64,000 nt of DNA from Terriglobales bacterium (lineage in GTDB: Bacteria > Acidobacteriota > Aminicenantia > Aminicenantales > Saccharicenantaceae), in assembly GCA_035543515.1 (NCBI GenBank), contig DATKJS010000009.1, forward strand, positions 21,324 through 85,323, given 5' to 3'. The notes beneath the pieces are model-generated. The model was not told the DNA's origin. It saw only the letters and a list, made by a program, of their open reading frames with translations, and did not search any database. A program made the position numbers and the translations under genes. Positions 18,178 to 26,404 of this stretch are shown here, in pieces (within the stretch, counting starts at the first letter, position 1; each line of letters opens with the position of its first letter).

Positions 18178-19427
18178 CCGAACGCAAGGTCCTCATCTCC
18201 GCCTACGCCTGCAATCCGTCGGGCTCGCTCGCCCTCCACCCGGGCGAGGACCTGACAGGCTGGCGCCTGGTCGAGCAGGCGGGCCGCTTCAACGAGGTCT
18301 GGGTCATCGCCCACGCGTACAACCGGGAGGGCGTCAAGGCCGGGCTCGCCGCCGGCGGCGGGAACGGCGCCCGCTTCCATTTCCTCGAGCTGCCGCCGCC
18401 GTTCGGGCTTCTCTACCGGGTCGAGTTCGGGCAAAGGATCTATTATTACCTCTGGCAGGTCGCGGCGCTCGGCGCGGCGCGGCGGCTCCACCGAGAGGTC
18501 GGCTTCGACCTGGCCCACCACGCGACGTTCGGCAACGACTGGATCGCGAGCTGGATCGGCGCCTTCCTGCCGGTGCCCTACGTCCACGGCCCGGTCGGCG
18601 GCGGCCAGCGCACGCCGCGGCCTCTCCTCCGCGAGTACACGACCGGCGGACGGCTGTCGGAATTCGGCCGCACGGCCGCGCAGTGGCTCGGGCGCCGCGA
18701 CCCCGTACGGCGCCGGGCCCTGAGCAGGGCCCGGGCCATCCTCGTCTGCAACCGGGAGACGCGGGACCGCATCCCGGTCGCCTGCCGGGGCAAAGTCATG
18801 GAGTTCCCCGTCAACGGCATCGCCCGCGGCGACCTGGCTCCGCCGGCCCGGACGGCCGCAACGCCCGGCGTGTTCCGCGTCCTCATGGCCGGCCGCTTCC
18901 AGCGGCTCAAGGGCTTCGGCCTCGGGCTGCGCGCCTTCGCCGCGTTCGCCCTGGAGTTCCCCGGCGCCCGGTTGACGGTCGTCGGCAGCGGGCCCGAGGA
19001 GGGCCGGTTGCGCCGGACGGTCGAGGAGGCCGGCCTCGGGTCGCGGGTCGACATCGTCCCGTGGGCGCCGCGGGCCGAACTCCTCTCCGTCATGGCCGCT
19101 TCGGACGTCTTCCTCTTCCCCAGCTTCCGCGACGGCGGAGGGGCGGTCGTCGTCGAAGCCATGGCCGCGGGCCTGCCCGTCGTCTGCCTGGATTCCGGCG
19201 GGCCCGGCTTCCACGTCCGGCCGGGCTGGGGATTCAAGGTCGCCCCGGGCCCTCCCGACGCGGTCGTGGACGGGCTCGCCCGGGCCCTCATGGTCTTGGC
19301 CCGCGACCGCGACCTCTGCCGGTCCATGGGCCGGGCGGCCAGGGAGCGGGCCGAGGACTTTTACCTATGGGACAAGCATGGGGAGCGCCTCGACGCGATC
19401 TACCGGAAGGCCCGGGGCGAGGCATGA
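18174..19427 (+). CDS. Glycosyltransferase family 4 (GT-B)
   Basis: FRVLMAGRFQRLKG.., FLFPSFRDGGGAVVVEAMAAGLPVV (Glycos_transf_1 signature). ATGA overlap with the upstream gene. Confidence 0.8.
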   Translation: MTERKVLISAYACNPSGSLALHPGEDLTGWRLVEQAGRFNEVWVIAHAYNREGVKAGLAAGGGNGARFHFLELPPPFGLLYRVEFGQRIYYYLWQVAALGAARRLHREVGFDLAHHATFGNDWIASWIGAFLPVPYVHGPVGGGQRTPRPLLREYTTGGRLSEFGRTAAQWLGRRDPVRRRALSRARAILVCNRETRDRIPVACRGKVMEFPVNGIARGDLAPPARTAATPGVFRVLMAGRFQRLKGFGLGLRAFAAFALEFPGARLTVVGSGPEEGRLRRTVEEAGLGSRVDIVPWAPRAELLSVMAASDVFLFPSFRDGGGAVVVEAMAAGLPVVCLDSGGPGFHVRPGWGFKVAPGPPDAVVDGLARALMVLARDRDLCRSMGRAARERAEDFYLWDKHGERLDAIYRKARGEA

Positions 19428-19436
19428 GATAGCGCC

Positions 19437-20666
19437 GTGTTCATCACCGGGCTGCTGTGGGTCCTCGTGTGGGGAGGGATGTACAGCGACGTCTCCCGCT
19501 TCAATGCCGAGGCCCTCCTCGCCGGGCCGGCGAGCTTCGTCCTGACGATGCGGCCGTTCCTGCCGATCCTGGCCATGGCCGTCTGCCTTGTCCTCCTCGT
19601 CCGGAAGAGAACCATCGCCCTGGCCCTCGAGCCCGGCCCGTTCCTGTCCCTGTCGCTCTACGGCCTCCTCGGCGCGGCCTTCTTCTTCCTCTCGCCCGAG
19701 CCGTTCTTCTCCCTTTACTGGGGCGGGCTGTTCCTGGCCGCGCCGTTCGTCGTCTGGACGCTCGTCAACACGGGGGACGCGGAGGCCCGGCTCGGCCTGG
19801 TCATGAGCATCAACGCCGCGGTCATCCTGGTCATGGTCCTCTTCTACATCGCCGGGCCGCTCTGGCCGATCCTGCGAGGCGCCCACAACCCGCGGCTCTA
19901 CAAGCTGCCGTTCGGGCTCGGGCTGCAGACGGCCAACGGCGTCGGGCGCTTCGCCGGCGTCCTCGGCCTCATCGCCCTGTCCCGGCTCCGCGGCCCGGGC
20001 CTCGCAAAGCGCGCCCTCTGGGCCGGCCTGCTGGCGGCCTCCGTCCTCGGCCTGGCCCTTTCGGAATCGCGGACGGCCATCCTCGGCTTCATCGTCGGCT
20101 CGCTCCTCATCGTCGTCTCCGGCCGCCGCCTGACCTGGCTCGCCGCGCTGGTGCCGGGGGTCTTCTACTTCCTCTACAAGGCCTGGTTCGTCTGGCGCTT
20201 CAACGGCAGCCTGGAGAACGCTTTCTTCCTCACGGGCCGCGAAACGACCTGGCGCAAGGCCCTGGCCATCGCCCTCCGCTCGCCTCTCGCGGGTCACGGC
20301 TTCCACGCCGACCGGCTGATGCTCGAGGGCGAACACGTCCACATGGCCTACCTCCACTCGCTCATCCAGGGCGGCCTCCTCGGCGCGCTGTTCTTCACGG
20401 CGGCCATCGTCGGCCTGTGGGTCCTCGTCGTCCGCCGGCGGGTCGTCCAGCGCGCGGCCCTGGCCGAGGGCCCGGCGGCCTTCCTGGTCACCGAATCGCT
20501 GGCCGTGCTGGGGTTCCTCACGGCCCGGAGCTTCTTCGAATCGACGGCGGCCTTCTACGGCGTCGACCTGCTCCTCTTCGTGCCCGCCATGGCCTACCTC
20601 CAGGTCTGGAGCCGCGACCATCCCCCCGCTTCCGCCCTCGCGGACGCATCGGCGGTGCGGCCGTGA
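19437..20666 (+). CDS. Wzy/O-antigen ligase-family polytopic membrane protein (probable polymerase)
   Basis: About 10 TM spans and a periplasmic-loop region HGFHADRLMLEGEHVHMAYLHSLIQGGLLGALFF resembling the Wzy_C signature. GTG start. Confidence 0.65.
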   Translation: MFITGLLWVLVWGGMYSDVSRFNAEALLAGPASFVLTMRPFLPILAMAVCLVLLVRKRTIALALEPGPFLSLSLYGLLGAAFFFLSPEPFFSLYWGGLFLAAPFVVWTLVNTGDAEARLGLVMSINAAVILVMVLFYIAGPLWPILRGAHNPRLYKLPFGLGLQTANGVGRFAGVLGLIALSRLRGPGLAKRALWAGLLAASVLGLALSESRTAILGFIVGSLLIVVSGRRLTWLAALVPGVFYFLYKAWFVWRFNGSLENAFFLTGRETTWRKALAIALRSPLAGHGFHADRLMLEGEHVHMAYLHSLIQGGLLGALFFTAAIVGLWVLVVRRRVVQRAALAEGPAAFLVTESLAVLGFLTARSFFESTAAFYGVDLLLFVPAMAYLQVWSRDHPPASALADASAVRP

Positions 20667-21874
20667 GGGTCTTCCTCCACACGATGTACTTCCTGCCGGA
20701 CTTCGGCAGCGCGCCCATCCTCATGAACGAGCTGGCCGGGCATCTGGCGGCGCGCGGGCACGAGGTCGAGGTCGTCACGACCTTCCCGAGGACGGCTGCG
20801 GCGGGCGTGGGCCGGGGCCTCTGCGCGACCCGCCGGAGCGACGGCTTCGTCGTCCGGAGGTTCTGGACGAACAAGACCCCCCATCCGCTCGGCCGGCTGG
20901 CGGCCTGGAACGTGTACACGGCCGGGGCCCTGCTGAACCTCCCGGCGCTCCGGAAGGGCGACGTCTTCTTCCTGAGGACGCCGCCCCTGCAGCTCGGCCT
21001 GCCCGCCTGGGCGGCCAAGCGCCTCCGCGGCGCGCGGGTCCTGGTCAACGTCCAGGACATCCATCCGGACCTGGCCATCGAGTCGGGCATCCTGAGGAGC
21101 CCGGCCGGCATCCGCTTCGCCCGCGGCCTCGAGAGATGGGTCTACGGCGTCGCCGACCGCATCGCCGTCATCAGCGAGGGATTTAAGGCCAACCTCGCGG
21201 CCAAGGGGGTGCCCGCCGCCAAGGTCGCGGTCATCCCGAACTGGGTCGACACGGACTTCCTGCGGCCGCTCGACCGGGATAACCCGGTGTCGCGGAGATA
21301 CGGCCTCGACCGCCGCTTCGTCCTGCTCTATTCGGGGACGATCAGCATCAGCAGCGACGTCGCCCTCGGCCGGGTCCTCGAGGCGGCGCGGCTCCTGGGG
21401 TCCGACCCGGACGTTCTCTTCGTCATCGTCGGCGAGGGACTCCGCAAGCCGGCGCTCCAGGCCCGGGCCGAGGCCCTTGGCCTGAGGAACGTCGCCTTCC
21501 TGCCCTTCCAGCCGTACGGCGACCTGCCCGCCCTGCTGGCCTCGGCCGACGTCCTGCTCGTGCCGCTCGACGCCGCCAAGGCCCAGCTCTCGGTGCCCTC
21601 GAAGCTCTACAATTTCATGGCCGCAGGACGGCCGGTCCTGGGCCTGGCCGAGGCGGGTTCCGAGGTGGCGGCCCTCCTCGCCGGACGCCAATGCGGCGTC
21701 GCCGTCGCGCCGGGCGACCCGGCGGCCATCGCCGAGGCCGTCCGGGACCTCAGGCGCGACGGGGACCTCCGCCGGGCCTACGCTTCCAACGCGCGGTCGT
21801 ATGTCGTAGAATACTTCGCCAAGGACCGCGTCCTCCGCGCTTACGACGACCTCGTCGAGAGGATGGCATCCTGA
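20663..21874 (+). CDS. Glycosyltransferase family 4, WcaI-like
   Basis: VRVFLHTMYFLPDFGSAPILMNELAGHL is a WcaI-type N-terminus, and the C-terminal half contains SVPSKLYNFMAAGRPVL. GTG start overlapping the upstream stop (GTGA). Confidence 0.8.
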   Translation: MRVFLHTMYFLPDFGSAPILMNELAGHLAARGHEVEVVTTFPRTAAAGVGRGLCATRRSDGFVVRRFWTNKTPHPLGRLAAWNVYTAGALLNLPALRKGDVFFLRTPPLQLGLPAWAAKRLRGARVLVNVQDIHPDLAIESGILRSPAGIRFARGLERWVYGVADRIAVISEGFKANLAAKGVPAAKVAVIPNWVDTDFLRPLDRDNPVSRRYGLDRRFVLLYSGTISISSDVALGRVLEAARLLGSDPDVLFVIVGEGLRKPALQARAEALGLRNVAFLPFQPYGDLPALLASADVLLVPLDAAKAQLSVPSKLYNFMAAGRPVLGLAEAGSEVAALLAGRQCGVAVAPGDPAAIAEAVRDLRRDGDLRRAYASNARSYVVEYFAKDRVLRAYDDLVERMAS

Positions 21875-21891
21875 ACTCCGAGAGACCGCGG

Positions 21892-22977
21892 ATGAAGAAG
21901 TTCCTGAGATTCTGGCTGGCCCCGCTGCTGCTGATGGCCCTCGTCTTTCCCGTGGGCAACAAGGCCCTGGCCAGTCACAGGACCTACGAGATTTTCGTGG
22001 CGGCGTTCCATCGGCTCTTCCCGCACGCCTCGCGCCACGCGGCCGGGATGGGCTACGTCATCTTCCGCAAGGGCGGTCACTTCGTGACCTACGGGCTGAT
22101 GGCCGTCCTCTTCTATCGCGCCTTCCGCGGCGGCCGCCGGCCGCGCTTCCAGCCGGCCCGGCTCCTCGCGGCGGGAGCCGCGGCCGCGGCCTACGGCTTC
22201 CTCGACGAATACCTGCAGGCCTTTGTCCCGAACCGGAGCGGCAGCCCGGTCGACTGGGCCGTCGACTGCGCCGGCATCGCGCTGGCCCTGGCCCTGGCGG
22301 GATGGCGGACGCGGCTCATGGACGCGGGCCGCCGACCGTCGCCCGGTTCCCGCTCCCTGTCGCGGGCGTTGTCCCTGAAACGGTCCTTCGACATTGCCCT
22401 CTCGCTCCTCGGGCTCGTCCTCTCCCTGCCCGTCTCGGCGGCGGCCGCGCTGGCCGTGCGGCTCGAGGACGGCGGCCCCGTCCTCTACGCCCAGGAGCGC
22501 GTCGGCCGGAACGGCCGGACCTTCAAGGCCTTCAAGTTCCGCTCCATGGTCCCCGACGCCGAGAAGGGCCGGGGGCCGGTCCAGGCGGCGGAGAACGACC
22601 CGCGCGTGACCAGGGTCGGCCGGGTCCTCCGGGCCACGGCCATGGACGAGCTGCCGCAGCTCTTTAACATCCTCAGGGGCGACATGAGCTTCGTCGGGCC
22701 GCGGGCGCTGCGGCCGAGCGAGCTCGAGGCGGGCGCGAGCGCGGGCCCGGAGGCGGTCGGCGATATCCGCGGCGGCCGAGAGCGCCACGCCGTCCGCCCG
22801 GGGCTGACGGGGCTGGCCCAGGTCTACCTGCCGGGCGACACGCCCCGGAGGAGGAAGTTCCGCTACGACCTCCTTTATATAAGGACGAGGAGCTTCTGGG
22901 CGGACCTCGAGCTCATCGCCCTGTCGTTCTGGATCACCTTCCGGGGCAAGTGGGAGTGCCGCGGCGGCAAGCTCTGA
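21892..22977 (+). CDS. Fusion protein: VanZ-like N-terminal membrane domain + bacterial sugar transferase (priming polyprenyl-phosphate phosphoglycosyl transferase) C-terminal domain
   Basis: VanZ signatures: FRKGGHFVTYGLMAVL and LDEYLQAFVPNRSGSPVDWAVDCAG. Bac_transf signatures: KRSFDIALSLLGL, YAQERVGRNGRTFKAFKFRSM, DELPQLFNILRGDMSFVGPRA. Confidence 0.8.
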   Translation: MKKFLRFWLAPLLLMALVFPVGNKALASHRTYEIFVAAFHRLFPHASRHAAGMGYVIFRKGGHFVTYGLMAVLFYRAFRGGRRPRFQPARLLAAGAAAAAYGFLDEYLQAFVPNRSGSPVDWAVDCAGIALALALAGWRTRLMDAGRRPSPGSRSLSRALSLKRSFDIALSLLGLVLSLPVSAAAALAVRLEDGGPVLYAQERVGRNGRTFKAFKFRSMVPDAEKGRGPVQAAENDPRVTRVGRVLRATAMDELPQLFNILRGDMSFVGPRALRPSELEAGASAGPEAVGDIRGGRERHAVRPGLTGLAQVYLPGDTPRRRKFRYDLLYIRTRSFWADLELIALSFWITFRGKWECRGGKL

Positions 22978-22991
22978 GAGAAGAAGAGGCG

Positions 22992-24185
22992 ATGAGATCC
23001 GAGAAACGCTCCGACGTCATCGTCATCGGCGGGGGCCCGAGCGGGCTGCGCGCCGCGGCCCGTCTGGCCGCGGGCGGCCTCGACGTCCGCCTCTTCGAGC
23101 GGAAGGCGGCCGTCGGGCGGGACGTCCTCTGCACGGGGATCGTCGGCCGCGACGTCTTCGCCCGGTTCGGGCTCGGCACCGGCCCCGTCCTCAACGAGGT
23201 CGGCGAGGCCCGGCTCGTCTCGCCGTTCGGCGCCGTCGTCGCCTACGCCCACCCGCGGCCGTTCGCCTGCGTCGTCGACCGCGAGAGGTTCGACGCGGCC
23301 CTGGCCGAGTCCGCCGCGGCCGAAGGCGCCGCGCTCGAGACCGGGACGCGGGTCGAAACGATCGAGGTCGAGCCCGGCCGGGTGCGGCTCACGGTCCGCC
23401 GCGGCGACTCCGGCCCGGTCCGCCACTCCGCCGCCGTGGCCGTCATCGCCACCGGCGTCGACGGCGCCCTGCAGAGGCAGGCCGGCCTCGGCCAGCCGCG
23501 GGATTTCCTGGGCGGGGCCCAGGTCGAGCTGCCAGCCCGGCCCGGCGGGACGACCTCGATCTTCTTCGGCCGCGGCGTCGCCCCCGGCGCCTTCGCCTGG
23601 TCGGTGCCGGCCGGAGAGAGGATGCGGTTGGGCCTCCTGACGAAGGGCGAGCCCAGGGCGCTCCTGCGGAAGTTCCTGTCGGCGCGGGAAGCGGAGGCCG
23701 GACCGGCGGCCGGGGACGCCCTGGTCAGAACACGGCCGGTGGCCCAGGGGCTCGTGGCCCGGACGACGGCCGACCGAGTCCTCTCGGTCGGCGAGGCGGC
23801 CGGCCAGGTCAAGACGACGACGGGCGGCGGCATCAGCTACGGCCTCCTCTGCGCCGACCTCGCCGCCGAGACGATCCTGGCCTGTTTCCGCCGCGCGTCC
23901 TTCGGAGCGGCGGACATGGCCGCGTACGAGCGCCGCTGGCGGCAGGCCGTCGAGAAGGAGATCCTCGTCGGCTATTACGCCCGGCGGATGTGCTCGCGGC
24001 TGAGCGACGGCCGGGTCGAGGACCTCTTCCGCCTGGCCCGGACCGACGGCATCATCCCGATCATCCGGGAGACGGCGGATTTCGACTGGCACAGCGGGCT
24101 CATCCTGGCCCTCCTTGAGCGGCTGTCGTTCATGAGATACTTCCGGACGGTCAAGGACGGCATCGGCAGGATGGGGCTGTCCTAG
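22992..24185 (+). CDS. Geranylgeranyl reductase-family FAD-dependent oxidoreductase
   Basis: Rossmann motif DVIVIGGGPSGLRAAARLA and the second FAD motif GEAAGQVKTTTGGGISYG, 397 aa. Start set to ATG 22992. Confidence 0.7.
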   Translation: MRSEKRSDVIVIGGGPSGLRAAARLAAGGLDVRLFERKAAVGRDVLCTGIVGRDVFARFGLGTGPVLNEVGEARLVSPFGAVVAYAHPRPFACVVDRERFDAALAESAAAEGAALETGTRVETIEVEPGRVRLTVRRGDSGPVRHSAAVAVIATGVDGALQRQAGLGQPRDFLGGAQVELPARPGGTTSIFFGRGVAPGAFAWSVPAGERMRLGLLTKGEPRALLRKFLSAREAEAGPAAGDALVRTRPVAQGLVARTTADRVLSVGEAAGQVKTTTGGGISYGLLCADLAAETILACFRRASFGAADMAAYERRWRQAVEKEILVGYYARRMCSRLSDGRVEDLFRLARTDGIIPIIRETADFDWHSGLILALLERLSFMRYFRTVKDGIGRMGLS

Positions 24186-24223
24186 GCCCGCGGCCGGCGG
24201 CGCCCGGCCGCGCGAGAGCGCGC

Positions 24224-25486
24224 ATGAGACGATTCCCGATCCTCCTTCTGGCCGCCCTTGCCGCGGCCTTGTCCGTCCGGCTCTCCGGCCAGTCCTACCG
24301 GAGCTTCCGCGACGAATACGAGGACGCCCGGTCGCGGTCGGGATGGCGGGTCGGACCGCTCAAGCTCGTGCCGTCGCTCCGCATCGCCGATGTCGGCTAC
24401 GACTCGAACATCCTCTACCGACCGCGCGAGGAGGGGGCCGTTTCGGACACGGTGGCCGCGATCTCCCCCGAGGTCAAGGCCTACGCGTTCGTCGGGAGCT
24501 CCGTCATCCTCTCGGTCACGGAAACGCCCGAGTACGACTACTACCTCCGCGAGACGGGGCTCCGGGCGCTGACGAACAGCCTTATTCCGGCCGCCCGCGT
24601 CCTCCTCTTCCGCAGCCTGGCCCTGTCCGGGGACTATCATGTCCTCAACTTCCTGCGGCGGGCGACGAGCGAGTTCGGGGAGCCGGTCCGCAACACCCAG
24701 GACGGCTGGAATGCCCGGGTGTTCCTCGAGACGCCCCGCGGCACGTCCCTCGGCCTCGCCGCCTCGGTCGACGATTTCCGGTTCCGCAACCCTGACGTCC
24801 CGGGCGAGGCCGACGACTACGCCCGGACGCTCGACCGGCGCGAGCGGTCGGCGGCCGTCGAGCTCTACTACCGGGTCTTCTCCCAAAGCCACGTCTTCCT
24901 CACGGCCGGGGCCAGGGACTACGTCTTCGCCGACCCCGCTTCGGCCTGGCGGAACGCCTTTTCCCGCCAGGTTTCGGCCGGCCTCCGCTTCCCGCTCCTC
25001 GGCCGCGTCCGGGGGAAGATCGCCCTGGGCTACAAGTCATTCGTGCCGCGGGCGGCCGGCCGGAAGAGCTTCTCGGGGCTGACGGCCGACACGGACGCCT
25101 CGCTCACCGAAGGCCGTCTCGGGCTAGGCCTGGCCTACACGCGCGACACCTATTTTTCCTTTTTCGACACGGCCTATTATTTCGTCGAGGACGCCTTCCG
25201 GGGCCGGATGACGCTCAAGCTCCTGCCCTTCCTGCGCCTCGAGGCCGGCTGGCAGGCCTCGGCGTGGCGCTACCCGGAGCCCCAGGAGGTCTGGTGGGGC
25301 GGCGGGCCCGTCGTCGTCGACAGCCGCCGCGACCGGACGCGCGTCCTGTCGGCGGGGCTGGCCGTCAAGGTCACGGGCCACGCCGGGCTCGGCGTCAGCT
25401 ACAACCTCTACCGGCGCCGGTCGAACGCGCCCGGATTCGATATCGACCGGCATTTCGTCGGCGCGACGCTGGCCTACGATTTTTGA
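24224..25486 (+). CDS. Outer-membrane beta-barrel protein of the polysaccharide locus
   Basis: Signal peptide (MRRFPILLLAALAAALSV), alternating hydrophobic beta-strand pattern rich in Y/R/G/S, and a C-terminal aromatic residue (..TLAYDF). Confidence 0.6.
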   Translation: MRRFPILLLAALAAALSVRLSGQSYRSFRDEYEDARSRSGWRVGPLKLVPSLRIADVGYDSNILYRPREEGAVSDTVAAISPEVKAYAFVGSSVILSVTETPEYDYYLRETGLRALTNSLIPAARVLLFRSLALSGDYHVLNFLRRATSEFGEPVRNTQDGWNARVFLETPRGTSLGLAASVDDFRFRNPDVPGEADDYARTLDRRERSAAVELYYRVFSQSHVFLTAGARDYVFADPASAWRNAFSRQVSAGLRFPLLGRVRGKIALGYKSFVPRAAGRKSFSGLTADTDASLTEGRLGLGLAYTRDTYFSFFDTAYYFVEDAFRGRMTLKLLPFLRLEAGWQASAWRYPEPQEVWWGGGPVVVDSRRDRTRVLSAGLAVKVTGHAGLGVSYNLYRRRSNAPGFDIDRHFVGATLAYDF

Positions 25487-25508
25487 TGCGGGCGCCAAGG
25501 AGTCTCAG

Positions 25509-26363
25509 ATGAAGATCGCACCGATGATCATCGGAGCGGCGGCCCTGGCCTTAGCCCTGGCGGCGGCCGCCGGCCCGGCGGCCCAGCAGCCCGCCAGCGC
25601 CGAATACCGGGTCGGGCCCAAGGACGTCCTCGAGGTCACGGCCCTGGGCGTCGCCGAGATCCAGAAGTTCGTCGTCCGCGTCTCGGAGGAGGGCCGGATC
25701 ACCCTGCCTCTCGTCGGCGAGGTCGATGTCAACAACCTGACCCAGTCCGAGGTCGAGCGCAAGCTCGTCGCCGTCCTGGGCGAGAAGTACCTCGTCAACC
25801 CGCAGGTCACTGTCTTCATCCGGGAATACGAGAGCCGGCGGGTCAACGTCCTCGGCGCCGTCGAGAAGCCCGGACCCTACCGGCTCCTCGGCCGGCAGAC
25901 CGTGATGTCCGTCATCTCCCAGGCCGGCGGCATGACCCGGGACGCCGGCAGCGAGATCATCGTCATCCGCCAGTTCGCCGACGGCTCGTCGACGTCCATC
26001 CGCATCTCCGTCGACGACCTCTTCGTCAGGGGGGACGCCAAGCTCAACATCGCCCTCGAGCCGAACGACATCGTCAACATCCCCGTCGACAAGGTCGTCA
26101 CGATCTACGTTTTCGGCCAAGTCAAGAACCCGGGCGCCCTCCAGGTCCGGCGGTCCAGCCTGCCGTCGCTGACCCAGGCCATCGCCCAGGCCGGCGGCTT
26201 CTCCGACCGGGCCGCCCGCGGCGCCGTTCGCATCCGGCGCCGGGCGGCCTCCGGCCAGGAGATCGAGATCAAGGTCAACGCCAGGGACATCCTCAAGGGC
26301 AAGGTCAAGGATATCCCCCTCATGGAGAACGATACGGTCTACGTCCCCGAGAGCCTTTTCTGA
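25509..26363 (+). CDS. Polysaccharide export protein, Wza/Poly_export + SLBB family (short form)
   Basis: YRVGPKDVLEVTALG.., GRITLPLVGEVDVNNLTQSEVERKL.., PQVTVFIREYESRRVNVLGAV are classic Poly_export motifs. AAGGAG RBS. Confidence 0.85.
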   Translation: MKIAPMIIGAAALALALAAAAGPAAQQPASAEYRVGPKDVLEVTALGVAEIQKFVVRVSEEGRITLPLVGEVDVNNLTQSEVERKLVAVLGEKYLVNPQVTVFIREYESRRVNVLGAVEKPGPYRLLGRQTVMSVISQAGGMTRDAGSEIIVIRQFADGSSTSIRISVDDLFVRGDAKLNIALEPNDIVNIPVDKVVTIYVFGQVKNPGALQVRRSSLPSLTQAIAQAGGFSDRAARGAVRIRRRAASGQEIEIKVNARDILKGKVKDIPLMENDTVYVPESLF

Positions 26364-26404
26364 AACGCCGGGCCGCCCGGACGGCCGGGCGAAGGGAGTC
26401 CGCC

